DNA of 64,000 nucleotides from a virus. Its lineage: Duplodnaviria; Caudoviricetes. Position 1 is the stretch's first letter, and each line of letters begins with the position of its first letter. A program made the translations under genes and the position numbers. Below are positions 19,219 to 28,280 of the stretch, piece after piece. The notes beneath the pieces are model-generated. The model saw nothing but the letters and a program-made list of their open reading frames with translations, searched no databases and had not been told where the DNA came from. The DNA is taken from positions 17,725 through 81,724 of IMG/VR virus record IMGVR_UViG_3300031746_000008. One strand, given 5' to 3'.

Positions 19219-20241
19219 CTAAAGCGATAGAGGTTCTGGGGTTAATCGCATTAAAACCATTGCCCCTTGAGCAATATCAGAGTTGCTCTCTATTAAATCC
19301 CTGTCTTTAATCGAACGAACACACATTGATGCTTTTGCTATATTGAATGCGGCATTGGCATCTGCGTGGTCATTGTGGCCACAGCCACACAAGAAATTTT
19401 TTTTATTTCTATTTTCTTTTTTTATCAGTCCACATCTACTACAGGTTTGACTTGTATAATGGGGATCAACATAAAAAACTTTAACACCAAGCAACTTGGC
19501 CTTATATTTTATAAAAGTTTCTAATTGATAAAATGGCCAATTGGATTTGATATTATTAAATACTCTCCCTTGATTTTTATTTGTTTTATTTAATTTTTCT
19601 AATTTTATTGCATAGTTTTTCTCCTTTGCTATATTTATTATTTTTCTACTAATCTTATGGTTAATGTCTTTAATAATTCTACTTTCTTTATTTTTTAGTT
19701 TTTTAATGAAATTATATTTTTTAAGTTTTTGAGCACCACTTCTAATGTTTTTGTATTTGTTTCTTATATGTTGTGCTCTTTTACCCATTTTTAATATTTT
19801 ATGATCTATTGCGCAAACTGCAATGTGTCCGGTTGCATTTCTATCAATACCGATATATCCAATTTCTTTTATTGGGGTCTCATCCAAAACCGTACAAGAA
19901 ATATATGCATAGACATTATCTAATTCTATTTGATTTATTTTTTCTACTTGCTTATTAAAACAAAGATTCAGTTTCAAAGAAGATATATAAATATTATTAT
20001 TTAAAAATTTGATGCCCTGCCCAGGTATTGTTAATTTAACAGATTTTATATTTTTGCATTTTTTATTTCTTGAATATTTCCTTAAGATTTGATTTGATAT
20101 TACGGATTTAAGTCCAAAACATTTAACATCTTTACTAGATAATGTCCTTGTTCTTATTGCAAATTCAGCAATTCTTTTTGCAATAGATAATTCCTTTAAA
20201 AGATTCTTATTGTGTTTTATTTTATAAGTTAACTTAGACAT
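19219..20241 (-). CDS. tnpB: TnpB RNA-guided nuclease
   Basis: IGIDRN / KLEKL / HADANAA, TSQTCSRCG zinc finger; likely start ATG 20241. Confidence 0.9.
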   Translation of the reverse strand: MSKLTYKIKHNKNLLKELSIAKRIAEFAIRTRTLSSKDVKCFGLKSVISNQILRKYSRNKKCKNIKSVKLTIPGQGIKFLNNNIYISSLKLNLCFNKQVEKINQIELDNVYAYISCTVLDETPIKEIGYIGIDRNATGHIAVCAIDHKILKMGKRAQHIRNKYKNIRSGAQKLKKYNFIKKLKNKESRIIKDINHKISRKIINIAKEKNYAIKLEKLNKTNKNQGRVFNNIKSNWPFYQLETFIKYKAKLLGVKVFYVDPHYTSQTCSRCGLIKKENRNKKNFLCGCGHNDHADANAAFNIAKASMCVRSIKDRDLIESNSDIAQGAMVLMRLTPEPLSL

Positions 20242-20647
20242 TTTTTTGATCTTGGATATATTTTTTAACAGTTTCCAAAGAAACGCATCCAACAGAAGAA
20301 ATAAATCTTGATTTAGTCCACAAAGTAGGTAGTTTTGATTTTAATTCCGGGAATTCATTCCTTAACATATTTGATGTACATCCTTTTATTTTTGATATTA
20401 TAGTATATATTCCTCTTTTGGGATTAACTTCTATTAATAAATGTACGTGATCTGTCATTATTTCTAATTCTATAATATTGTATTTATATTCTTCTTGTTT
20501 TAAGTAGATTATTTCTTTTAATCTATCAGCGATTTTATCTAATAATATACTTCTTCTATATTTAGGACAAAAAATAACGTGATATTGACAAGAATAAATT
20601 AATCCATTGTCTTTATTGTATATTTTATTAGGGTTATTAATTATCAT
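20234..20647 (-). CDS. tnpA: IS200-type Y1 HUH transposase
   Basis: YHVIFCPKYRR, DHVHLL, LWT, KYIQDQK. Confidence 0.95.
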   Translation of the reverse strand: MIINNPNKIYNKDNGLIYSCQYHVIFCPKYRRSILLDKIADRLKEIIYLKQEEYKYNIIELEIMTDHVHLLIEVNPKRGIYTIISKIKGCTSNMLRNEFPELKSKLPTLWTKSRFISSVGCVSLETVKKYIQDQKNV

Positions 20648-20756
20648 ATATCAACCCGCGACACATACCCGATCTATTATACACAAAATTCATCCAGAAT
20701 TCTAAAGAATTTCGGCTTTCTTTTGTAATTTCTTGTAAAAAGAACGGAGGTGTAAT

Positions 20757-21464
20757 ATCCGCTACGTAGGGGGAAAAGTTAGGATAGCCAAACAATTAAC
20801 AGATTTCCTTAAATCGGTTCGTAAACCTGGACAAATATATGCCGAGCCATTTGTCGGAGGGGGTGCTATTGTTTCCTTGATGGACGGAACAAGAATAGCT
20901 TCTGATATTTGTTCTTATTTAATAGCATTTTATAAAGAACTTCAACAATCAAATTTATTTCCTCTAAAAACATTGTCAGAAGAAAGATATAACGAATTAA
21001 AACAATTGTATAAAAATGGTATATGTAACGCAGAGATAGGATTTGGTCTTTATTTTTGTTCGTTCGCAGGAAAATTCAAAGGAGGCTATGCAAGGAGCCC
21101 AAAAGATGGATATGATTTTTCTAAGGGGGCATATAATAGCGCTCTAAGACTTAAACTAGGAATAAAAGATGTTCAATTTTATAGTTTAGACTACAGAGAA
21201 TTATTTAAAATACTTCCACAAAGATGTCTTATTTATTGTGATATTCCATACATTAATACCACAGAATATAGATTCAAGTTTGATCACGAATCCTATTGGA
21301 AGTTCATTAGAGAACAATCCAATAATCATGATATATATACATCAAGTTACGTTGCACCAGAAGATTTCAATTGTGTGTTTGAAATTAAAAGAAAAACTTG
21401 TTTAAACGTAAAGGGCGGGGGAAAAGAAGATAGAACGGAGAAACTTTTTAAATATAAAGGATAA
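20757..21464 (+). CDS. Dam-like DNA adenine methyltransferase (ATC start proposed)
   Basis: xRYVGGK..IA, EPFVGGGA motif I upstream of the tracked start, IYCDIPY motif IV, EKLF. Confidence 0.85.
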   Translation: MRYVGGKVRIAKQLTDFLKSVRKPGQIYAEPFVGGGAIVSLMDGTRIASDICSYLIAFYKELQQSNLFPLKTLSEERYNELKQLYKNGICNAEIGFGLYFCSFAGKFKGGYARSPKDGYDFSKGAYNSALRLKLGIKDVQFYSLDYRELFKILPQRCLIYCDIPYINTTEYRFKFDHESYWKFIREQSNNHDIYTSSYVAPEDFNCVFEIKRKTCLNVKGGGKEDRTEKLFKYKG

Positions 21465-21536
21465 TAGATGTAATCTTGTCAACCTATAATTGGTACACTG
21501 GAGTAGATGAACCAATAACTTTTAAAGGAAAATAAA

Positions 21537-22103
21537 ATGAATATAATATCTCTTGATCTAGAAACAACCGGGCTAGACCCAAATAAACACAATGTTATAT
21601 CTATTGGTGCAGTTAATCTAATAGACGACGATGAATTTTATAGGGAAATATATTATAAAGATTTATTTGTATCCACAAAAACTCAAGCGTTTTTAAAAAT
21701 TGATTTTAGTAAAATTGAAAATGTTCAACGATCAGAACCGTTTATTGCAATTTGTGATTTTAATACTTGGTTAATAAGACAATATAATTATAAACCAATT
21801 ATAGTTATGGGTTTAAATGTTGGATCTTTTGATTTACAATTTATTAGAAAATTATCGCAGTCGGTAAATTCACCAGGAACAATGGAATTATTTGATTATC
21901 GTTCACTTGATTTAAATTCTGTAATGATGTATATGTCTCAATTTTCAAAATTATCTTTTGTAGAATTCAAAAAAGAAAAAACAATACAGGCTACCGAAAA
22001 ATTTAAAACAGATCAACCATTTCTACACAAATTTGGTTCGCACCATGCTTTATTTGATGCATGGTTTAACGTTCATTTGTGGGAGGTTTTAAAAAATGAA
22101 TAA
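21537..22103 (+). CDS. DEDDh 3'-5' exonuclease
   Basis: DLETTGL, N..FD, HHALFDA. Confidence 0.9.
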   Translation: MNIISLDLETTGLDPNKHNVISIGAVNLIDDDEFYREIYYKDLFVSTKTQAFLKIDFSKIENVQRSEPFIAICDFNTWLIRQYNYKPIIVMGLNVGSFDLQFIRKLSQSVNSPGTMELFDYRSLDLNSVMMYMSQFSKLSFVEFKKEKTIQATEKFKTDQPFLHKFGSHHALFDAWFNVHLWEVLKNE

Positions 22104-22374
22104 TATATGTTTTGAATGTGGAAATCGTCCCGGCTTAGAATGTCCAGGAAGAAAAGAAGGTGAACACACTCGATGTCAGATATGTTTTAATCATTTTATG
22201 ATCAAGGAAAATGTTCGAAATGCTCAACATATATTACAATTATTATATGATACTCTTTCGGATTATAGAGGAAAAGACACCTGTATTCAAAAATGCAAAG
22301 AAATTATTGATTCTTGTAAGAATACAAATACGGATTATTTATTTCATGATTTTTTACAAAAGCTTGTTAAATGA
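22096..22374 (+). CDS. hypothetical Cys-rich protein
   Basis: CFECG...CQIC. Confidence 0.55.
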   Translation: MNNICFECGNRPGLECPGRKEGEHTRCQICFNHFMIKENVRNAQHILQLLYDTLSDYRGKDTCIQKCKEIIDSCKNTNTDYLFHDFLQKLVK

Positions 22375-22434
22375 AAACTAAGGATTTGATGTTAATGTTG
22401 AAGACGAAATTGATGAAGACTGAAGGGAAAAAAT

Positions 22435-22686
22435 ATGAGAAGGTCATCTGGAAAATATTCTGAAGGACAAATGGTAAGAATGAAAATAAATCCACAACAT
22501 ATGTGTCAAGTTGTTGGAAGGGATGGATATGGTTATACAATTAGATGCCCAATTAAAAATAGTCTTACACCAAATATATCCGCCAATGCCTCTTTTTTTG
22601 GCGGCGATACAGTACCAAATAATATGATTTTTCAAGATATATATGTTCAAGAATTTGAAATAGAACTCGCCAAGGAGAATAATTGA
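22435..22686 (+). CDS. hypothetical protein
   Basis: ORF, KOW/SH3-like pattern. Confidence 0.55.
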   Translation: MRRSSGKYSEGQMVRMKINPQHMCQVVGRDGYGYTIRCPIKNSLTPNISANASFFGGDTVPNNMIFQDIYVQEFEIELAKENN

Positions 22687-22687
22687 A

Positions 22688-24412
22688 ATGAATGATTTTA
22701 TAATTAAACCAAAAGTAAAATTAATTGGAAAAAGCATAATAAATATAGATGGTCTAACGGCATTCTTAGAAGATTCAAATATGTGTTGGCCAGAATTTCA
22801 AAGAAAACTTGACTCGAATATTGATCTCGGCGACGACGATGGAAACTGGCTAATAGAGTTCGGCGGAAGAAATTGCTACCAATCATGGCCTAAAAAAGGA
22901 GAAGAATTAAAAGGTAGAACACACGATGAACACCTTAAACATTTAATAGATGTAGGACATGAAAGTTGTTTAGAACATGCGACTTTTAATTTCCAAATTT
23001 GGAATGTGTCAAGATCATTAACTCACGAACTCGTAAGAACTAGAATTGGGGTTGCATATTGTTTATCTGGAGATACTATAATTAATGGCGGAATTAAAAG
23101 TAACGGAAAATGGAGTAACAGAGGAGAAAAAAGAACTATAAAACAAATATATGAATGGACATTGAATGGTCTAAAAAGAGGGAATGTTAAAAAAATTAAA
23201 GTAAGATGTTTTGATGGAGAGCAATTTGTTCAAGCAAATATAAAATCTGTTCAAAAATCTGGTATTAAAAATACATATACGATGATTCTTGAAAACGGTA
23301 AACAAATATGTTGTTCTAAAGATCATAAATTTTTAGTAAAAACAAAGTTTGCAAATGTATGGAAATCTCTACAAAATATTAAAAAAAATGATTTAATCGC
23401 AACAAATGGAATTGTTTCCCACAAATCTAAAGAATGGTTATATGAACAATATTATATTAAAAATTTATTGCCAAAAGAAATTGCGAATATATGTAGAGTT
23501 AGTAGGCAGACTATAATGAATTGGATTAAATATTTTAATATACAAAAGTCTATTCGACCGCCAATAACAGAGTTAACAAGAAAAAAATTAAGTGATAGAA
23601 AAAGCAAAAATAATAGCCCAGCGTGGAAAGGAAATCTGGCAGGGATAGAAGCTGGAAGAGCAAGAGCAAGAAGATGGTATAAAAGTAGGCCGTGTGAAAA
23701 ATGTCGTTCTATAAATAATATTGTAAGACATCATATTGATAGAAATACGTTAAATAATGATATTAACAATATTATATTTTTATGTAGTTCCTGCCATAGA
23801 AAACTTCATAATGATGAAGATGGACACCCTAATTGTCTAACAATAAAATGGACAAAAGTAATAGATATTAAATATTGTTGTAAACAAATGACTTACGATT
23901 TAGAAATTGATCATCCTGCACATAATTTTGTTGCTAATGGATTCGTAACTCATAACTCACAATTATCACAGAGATATGTAGATTCCTCTAATGTCTCTTT
24001 TATTATTCCGGGAGCTATTTGCGAACTAGGAATTAAAAAACCAGAAATTCTAGAGAAATGGAAAGAATTTTGCTTAAAATCAAGAAATTTCTATGAAGAA
24101 TTAACAATAGAACTTTCAGAATTATATAAAAACATTGAAAATAAAACAGAAAAAAGAAAAAAAGCTAGGCAAGCAGCGAGAAGTGTCCTACCAGGATGCA
24201 CAGAAACGAAAATCATGACAACTTTAAACGGAAGATCCGTTAGATATTTTATGAGTCTAAGAGGAGGAGAAGGTGTAGAACCTGAAATAAGATCTTTGAG
24301 TGTTGAAATGTTCAAAATAATGCAACAAGAATTTCCTCTTATTGTGTACAAAATGGAACTTTTTAAACTCCAGGATGGAAGCGAGGGGGTGCGTAGAATT
24401 TTAAATGAATAA
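22688..24412 (+). CDS. thyX: flavin-dependent thymidylate synthase with intein
   Basis: GHESCLEH, VSRSLTHELVRTR...SQLSQRYV, ARSVLP, EIR. Confidence 0.93.
   Translation: MNDFIIKPKVKLIGKSIINIDGLTAFLEDSNMCWPEFQRKLDSNIDLGDDDGNWLIEFGGRNCYQSWPKKGEELKGRTHDEHLKHLIDVGHESCLEHATFNFQIWNVSRSLTHELVRTRIGVAYCLSGDTIINGGIKSNGKWSNRGEKRTIKQIYEWTLNGLKRGNVKKIKVRCFDGEQFVQANIKSVQKSGIKNTYTMILENGKQICCSKDHKFLVKTKFANVWKSLQNIKKNDLIATNGIVSHKSKEWLYEQYYIKNLLPKEIANICRVSRQTIMNWIKYFNIQKSIRPPITELTRKKLSDRKSKNNSPAWKGNLAGIEAGRARARRWYKSRPCEKCRSINNIVRHHIDRNTLNNDINNIIFLCSSCHRKLHNDEDGHPNCLTIKWTKVIDIKYCCKQMTYDLEIDHPAHNFVANGFVTHNSQLSQRYVDSSNVSFIIPGAICELGIKKPEILEKWKEFCLKSRNFYEELTIELSELYKNIENKTEKRKKARQAARSVLPGCTETKIMTTLNGRSVRYFMSLRGGEGVEPEIRSLSVEMFKIMQQEFPLIVYKMELFKLQDGSEGVRRILNE
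23060..23956 (+). mobile_element. intein (299 aa) with HNH endonuclease
   Basis: AY|CLSGDT...SKDHKF...CEKC..RHHIDRN..NN...LCSSCH...NFVANGFVTHN|SQ. Confidence 0.92.
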
Positions 24413-25067
24413 AATTAAAGATTTAATTGGTAAAAAATTCGGAAGATTAACTGTCATTAAAGAATATGGTAAAAACAAATTAGGTCGAATCCTATACGAG
24501 TGCTTGTGTGATTGTGGTATTATTAAAATAATTCCTCGTTATAGCCTTGTGACAGGGAATACAAAAAGTTGTGGATGTTTGATGATAGAAAAAATAAAAT
24601 TGGCTCAAACAAAACATAATCATACCAAAAATAACAAAGCATCAAAAACATATGAAGCATATCATCACATGATACAAAGATGCACAAATCCAAATGATAA
24701 ATCATATAAAAACTATGGAGGAAGAACACAGCCAATCACTGTTTGTAGAAGATGGTCAAATAAGAAAAATGGATTTCAAAACTTTTTAAAAGACATGGGA
24801 GAATGTTCTCCTGGATTAACACTTGAAAGAATAAATAACAATTTAGGGTATTATAAATCAAATTGCAGATGGGCAACACGAAAAGAACAGAATAGAAATA
24901 AAAGAAATAATATTGTTATTCCATTGAATGGAAAATTATTGTGTTTAAAAGACTATTGTAAAATAAAAAATTTAAACTACAATGCGATTATAATAAGAAT
25001 AAATACTCTTAAATGGCCCCTAGAAAAAGCTTTAACAACATCAATCAAGAAAAGAAAAAAAAATTAA
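24405..25067 (+). CDS. HNH-type homing endonuclease (DLTGQRFG family)
   Basis: DLIGKKFG, CLCDCG, SCGC, LERINNNLGY..SNCRW. Confidence 0.85.
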   Translation: MNKIKDLIGKKFGRLTVIKEYGKNKLGRILYECLCDCGIIKIIPRYSLVTGNTKSCGCLMIEKIKLAQTKHNHTKNNKASKTYEAYHHMIQRCTNPNDKSYKNYGGRTQPITVCRRWSNKKNGFQNFLKDMGECSPGLTLERINNNLGYYKSNCRWATRKEQNRNKRNNIVIPLNGKLLCLKDYCKIKNLNYNAIIIRINTLKWPLEKALTTSIKKRKKN

Positions 25068-25088
25068 ATAATTTTAAGGAAAAATAAT

Positions 25089-25292
25089 ATGCAAAAGGAA
25101 TTCTTTAAATGCAGTAGAAAAAAAATTAAAAAATTAGTAAAAGATTTAAAAGAAGATACTGAAATGTTGGATTTATCAAAAATACAATTAATTGATAAGA
25201 TACGAAAATTGATAGAAACAAATAAAAGATTGAGAAGAAAGATAAAGTTATTTAATAATGATTTTAGATTCAGTAAATATAGTATGAATTAA
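25089..25292 (+). CDS. hypothetical coiled-coil protein
   Basis: ORF with AAGGA RBS. Confidence 0.5.
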   Translation: MQKEFFKCSRKKIKKLVKDLKEDTEMLDLSKIQLIDKIRKLIETNKRLRRKIKLFNNDFRFSKYSMN

Positions 25293-25557
25293 AGATATAC
25301 TTTATTATAATTAGACACAAACCGAATGTGTATGTATAATATAGCACGACAAGAAATTGCGGTTAAAGGTAAGGCTGGATGAATAAAATGATGCCCATTA
25401 AAAATAATGCCGCGAATCTCCCCGATTCACACATCTTATCCTTGTCTAGCAAGCCTAAAAAATTTCATTTTTTAAATGATTCTTGTGGTATAATTAATTA
25501 TGAAACATTGGCAATATACCCCTATGTACATTTTTTTTTTCAATTCCGAGAAATTAA

Positions 25558-26187
25558 ATGAAAAATAAAAAAGAAGAGCCCGAATGCGATTGCGAAGTTT
25601 GCCAAGCAGAAAATGATTTAAATAACGATCTAGAAGAAATGTTAATAAAGACCCGTCGCATCCTTCTCACAGGAGAAATTACAGATCAAAAAGCAGACTA
25701 TATTTGCCAGAGATTACAGGCATACGCTTTTAATAAATTACCAGTATATATTTATATTAATAGTGCCGGTGGAGAATTGGGTGGTGGTTATGCAATTATA
25801 GATACTATGGAACTTAGTCCATTTCCTATATATACCATTGTGCGCGGAACCTCGGCAAGTATGGCGGCTACGATAACAGCTTACGGAACCAAGGGGTGTC
25901 GTTTCATTACTAAAAATAGTACGATGTTTCTTCATAATATTAATGTTGCACTTCCTGAGAATGAAATTCTTTCACAAAAAACAGCTATAGAACATTTGAC
26001 GAAATATTCGGAAGATAAAACGAAAGATCTTGTTTCCAGACTTAAAATTAATAGGAAAAAATTTAATGAATTGTTAAATAAAACAACTTGGTTAATGCCG
26101 GAAGAAGCTATTAAGATTGGGATTGTAGATGGAATTTGGACAAAGGAAATGGAAGATAAGTTAAATATTAATTCTTTAAAGGAATAA
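25558..26187 (+). CDS. clpP: ClpP-family protease subunit
   Basis: YINSAGG, GTSASMA, FLH, EEAIKIGIVD. Confidence 0.88.
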   Translation: MKNKKEEPECDCEVCQAENDLNNDLEEMLIKTRRILLTGEITDQKADYICQRLQAYAFNKLPVYIYINSAGGELGGGYAIIDTMELSPFPIYTIVRGTSASMAATITAYGTKGCRFITKNSTMFLHNINVALPENEILSQKTAIEHLTKYSEDKTKDLVSRLKINRKKFNELLNKTTWLMPEEAIKIGIVDGIWTKEMEDKLNINSLKE

Positions 26188-26189
26188 TA

Positions 26190-26714
26190 ATGGTTAAAAG
26201 AAGAATAACCAGTGGATATTTTGATTTTTATTACAAACAAAAATATAACTTATTAAAAAAAATAGCAAATGATTTGTTTAAAAAATTTGGAAAAGGATAT
26301 GATGAAAATTATCTCAACGATTTTCTTTCAATTGCAAGAACAGAACTTTTATATTCTATGATTCATTTTAATATAACTTTAGGTGCTTTTAATACTTTTC
26401 TTTATCATCGTGTAAGTGGGTCTATAAGACATTTTATAGATTCAAACATAAAACAAGCAACGAGATACGAAACAGAATTAAGAAAAGAGTTTATTAATGC
26501 TGAATATAACGAGCCAGTCGGATCGGGACTTATTATTGAAGAAATGTTTGATTCTTTAAAAGAAGAAGAAGCGGAAGTTCTGAGACTGAGATATCTAAGT
26601 AATATGACTCTTTTAGAAATTACAGAAAAAACGGGATTTTCAACTTATTCTATATTGAATTTGCAAAAAAAAGCAACCGAAAAATTAATATTAAAGTTTG
26701 GTGATAAAATTTAA
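26190..26714 (+). CDS. sigma-70-like RNA polymerase sigma factor
   Basis: Region 2 F.TFLYHRV.G.I and region 4 HTH (L.EEEAEVLRLRY..NMTLLEI). Confidence 0.75.
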   Translation: MVKRRITSGYFDFYYKQKYNLLKKIANDLFKKFGKGYDENYLNDFLSIARTELLYSMIHFNITLGAFNTFLYHRVSGSIRHFIDSNIKQATRYETELRKEFINAEYNEPVGSGLIIEEMFDSLKEEEAEVLRLRYLSNMTLLEITEKTGFSTYSILNLQKKATEKLILKFGDKI

Positions 26715-27596
26715 ATGAGCAAGTTTATTGATTTAACGGAACAAAAATTTAATAGATTATTAGTAATAAAAAGGGAGGAAAACGATAGATTTGGAAAGAC
26801 AAGGTGGTTGTGCAGATGTGATTGTGGAAATGAAAAGATAATTAATGGCAATAGTCTTGTGTCCGGAAGCAGCAAAAGTTGTGGTTGTCTAAACACAGAG
26901 AAAATACAACTTCGAAACATTAAAAATAAACATGGGGAAACTCATGGATGCTCTGGAACAAAAACATATAGGGCTTGGGGTAGTATGATTCAAAGATGTA
27001 CCAATTCAAAACACATAGGATATAAAAATTACGGAGGACGAGATAAGCCAATAACGGTTTGCGATAGATGGAATCCCAAAAAGGGCGGATCGTTTGAAAA
27101 CTTTTTAAAAGATATTGGTGAAATACCCAAAGGGCTAACATTCGATAGAATAGATAACAATGGAGATTATTCTCTTGACAACTGGAGATTAGCAACAAGA
27201 AGCGTGCAGGCTAAAAATAGAAGGACAAATATAAAAATTGATAGACTGTGTTTAAAAGATTATTGCAAAATTAAAAATTTAAACTATAGTACAATTCGTG
27301 GCAGAATTCGTAATGGTATGTCTTTAGAAAAGGCATTAAATATTCCAATTAGAAAAAGAAATAAACTGCGAATAGATTTGAAAGGTAATTTGATTATGCA
27401 AGATGATCTTAAATCAATTTCAGAAGAATTAGACAAGTTCGATGCGCAAAAGGCCGAGGCGTTTGTTAAAAAAGTTGGTCCTCCTGGCAAAGAGTGGTGT
27501 GTTGTGAGTGAAAGAACAGGGAAGAAATTAGCATGTTACCCAACTAAAAAAGAGGCCGAAGATAGGCTCGAATTTATTAAGAGGTTCGCCAAGTGA
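26715..27596 (+). CDS. HNH-type homing endonuclease fused in frame to a small phage protein (from ATG 27396)
   Basis: DLTEQKF, SCGC, FDRIDNNGDY; extra C-terminal 66 aa with WCVVSE.TGKKL..YPTKKEA. Confidence 0.8.
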   Translation: MSKFIDLTEQKFNRLLVIKREENDRFGKTRWLCRCDCGNEKIINGNSLVSGSSKSCGCLNTEKIQLRNIKNKHGETHGCSGTKTYRAWGSMIQRCTNSKHIGYKNYGGRDKPITVCDRWNPKKGGSFENFLKDIGEIPKGLTFDRIDNNGDYSLDNWRLATRSVQAKNRRTNIKIDRLCLKDYCKIKNLNYSTIRGRIRNGMSLEKALNIPIRKRNKLRIDLKGNLIMQDDLKSISEELDKFDAQKAEAFVKKVGPPGKEWCVVSERTGKKLACYPTKKEAEDRLEFIKRFAK

Positions 27597-27622
27597 TAGA
27601 AGAATTTTTTAATAATATTACG

Positions 27623-27738
27623 GAGATTTGGCGGGATACGAGGAATTGTGTCAGATCTCTAGTTTAGGGATAATAAAAGGAGTTACAGGTGGATTTGGAA
27701 ATACGTGCAATAAAATTTTAAAATCTAGAAACATGTAA
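27623..27738 (+). pseudogene. frameshifted NUMOD4 remnant
   Basis: EIWRD in one frame, GYEELCQISSLGIIKG...KILK in another. Confidence 0.6.
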
Positions 27739-27778
27739 AATTAAGTGTATAAAACAAAGGAAAGAAAAGGAGAAATTT

Positions 27779-28261
27779 ATGGTAAAAATGATTAAATTGG
27801 CTCTGGTGTCACAAATGTTTTTGTATGGCGGTTGTGCGATGTTGAGTTCCCCCCAAAATGCGGCGAAACTTAGTAATCCTTCACTTCACTTTGAAAGGAA
27901 TAGTCGCGGTGTTACATTTGATGCAGGAAGTGAATTTAATGGTAAACTTAAGGGTAAATATGATGCAACAACTGGATCGTTTGATATTGATACGGAGGTT
28001 AATTCTAGCCCGTCTCCAGTTATAGCCGCAGAATCAGAAAGAGCACAGGCGATGTTCCAGTTCTATCAAGTTCAAGCAGAAGCCCATAAAGCAGATATGC
28101 AGGCGTTTGCCAGCATCATTAATAATGCTATTTCAGCTATTCCAGGTGTTCTTGGTGGAATAAATAATCAGCCATCACCGCCATCCTCTACCCCTTCTTT
28201 GAAAGAAATATTGGATCTACTTAAAGAAATTAAAGCTTTAAATTCAAAGCCGACGCCGTAA
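27779..28261 (+). CDS. putative lipoprotein
   Basis: AAGGAG RBS; signal-like N-terminus ending LYGGC. Confidence 0.6.
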   Translation: MVKMIKLALVSQMFLYGGCAMLSSPQNAAKLSNPSLHFERNSRGVTFDAGSEFNGKLKGKYDATTGSFDIDTEVNSSPSPVIAAESERAQAMFQFYQVQAEAHKADMQAFASIINNAISAIPGVLGGINNQPSPPSSTPSLKEILDLLKEIKALNSKPTP

Positions 28262-28280
28262 AATATAATGGAGACATAAT

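Larger units (their letters stand above)
19202..20734 (-). mobile_element. IS605-group element (tnpA + tnpB)
   Basis: Right end CTGACATACTCTCTATGCTAAAGCGATAGAG hairpin; left-end hairpin GAATTCTAAAGAATTTC; TTAC on the - strand next to the left end. Confidence 0.88.
19136..20755 (+). pseudogene. NUMOD4 stub interrupted by IS605 (19136-19201 + 20735-20755)
   Basis: Rejoined MEEIWKSIINYEGLYQVSNCGI-VKRTEV* fits the NUMOD4 consensus. Confidence 0.75.
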
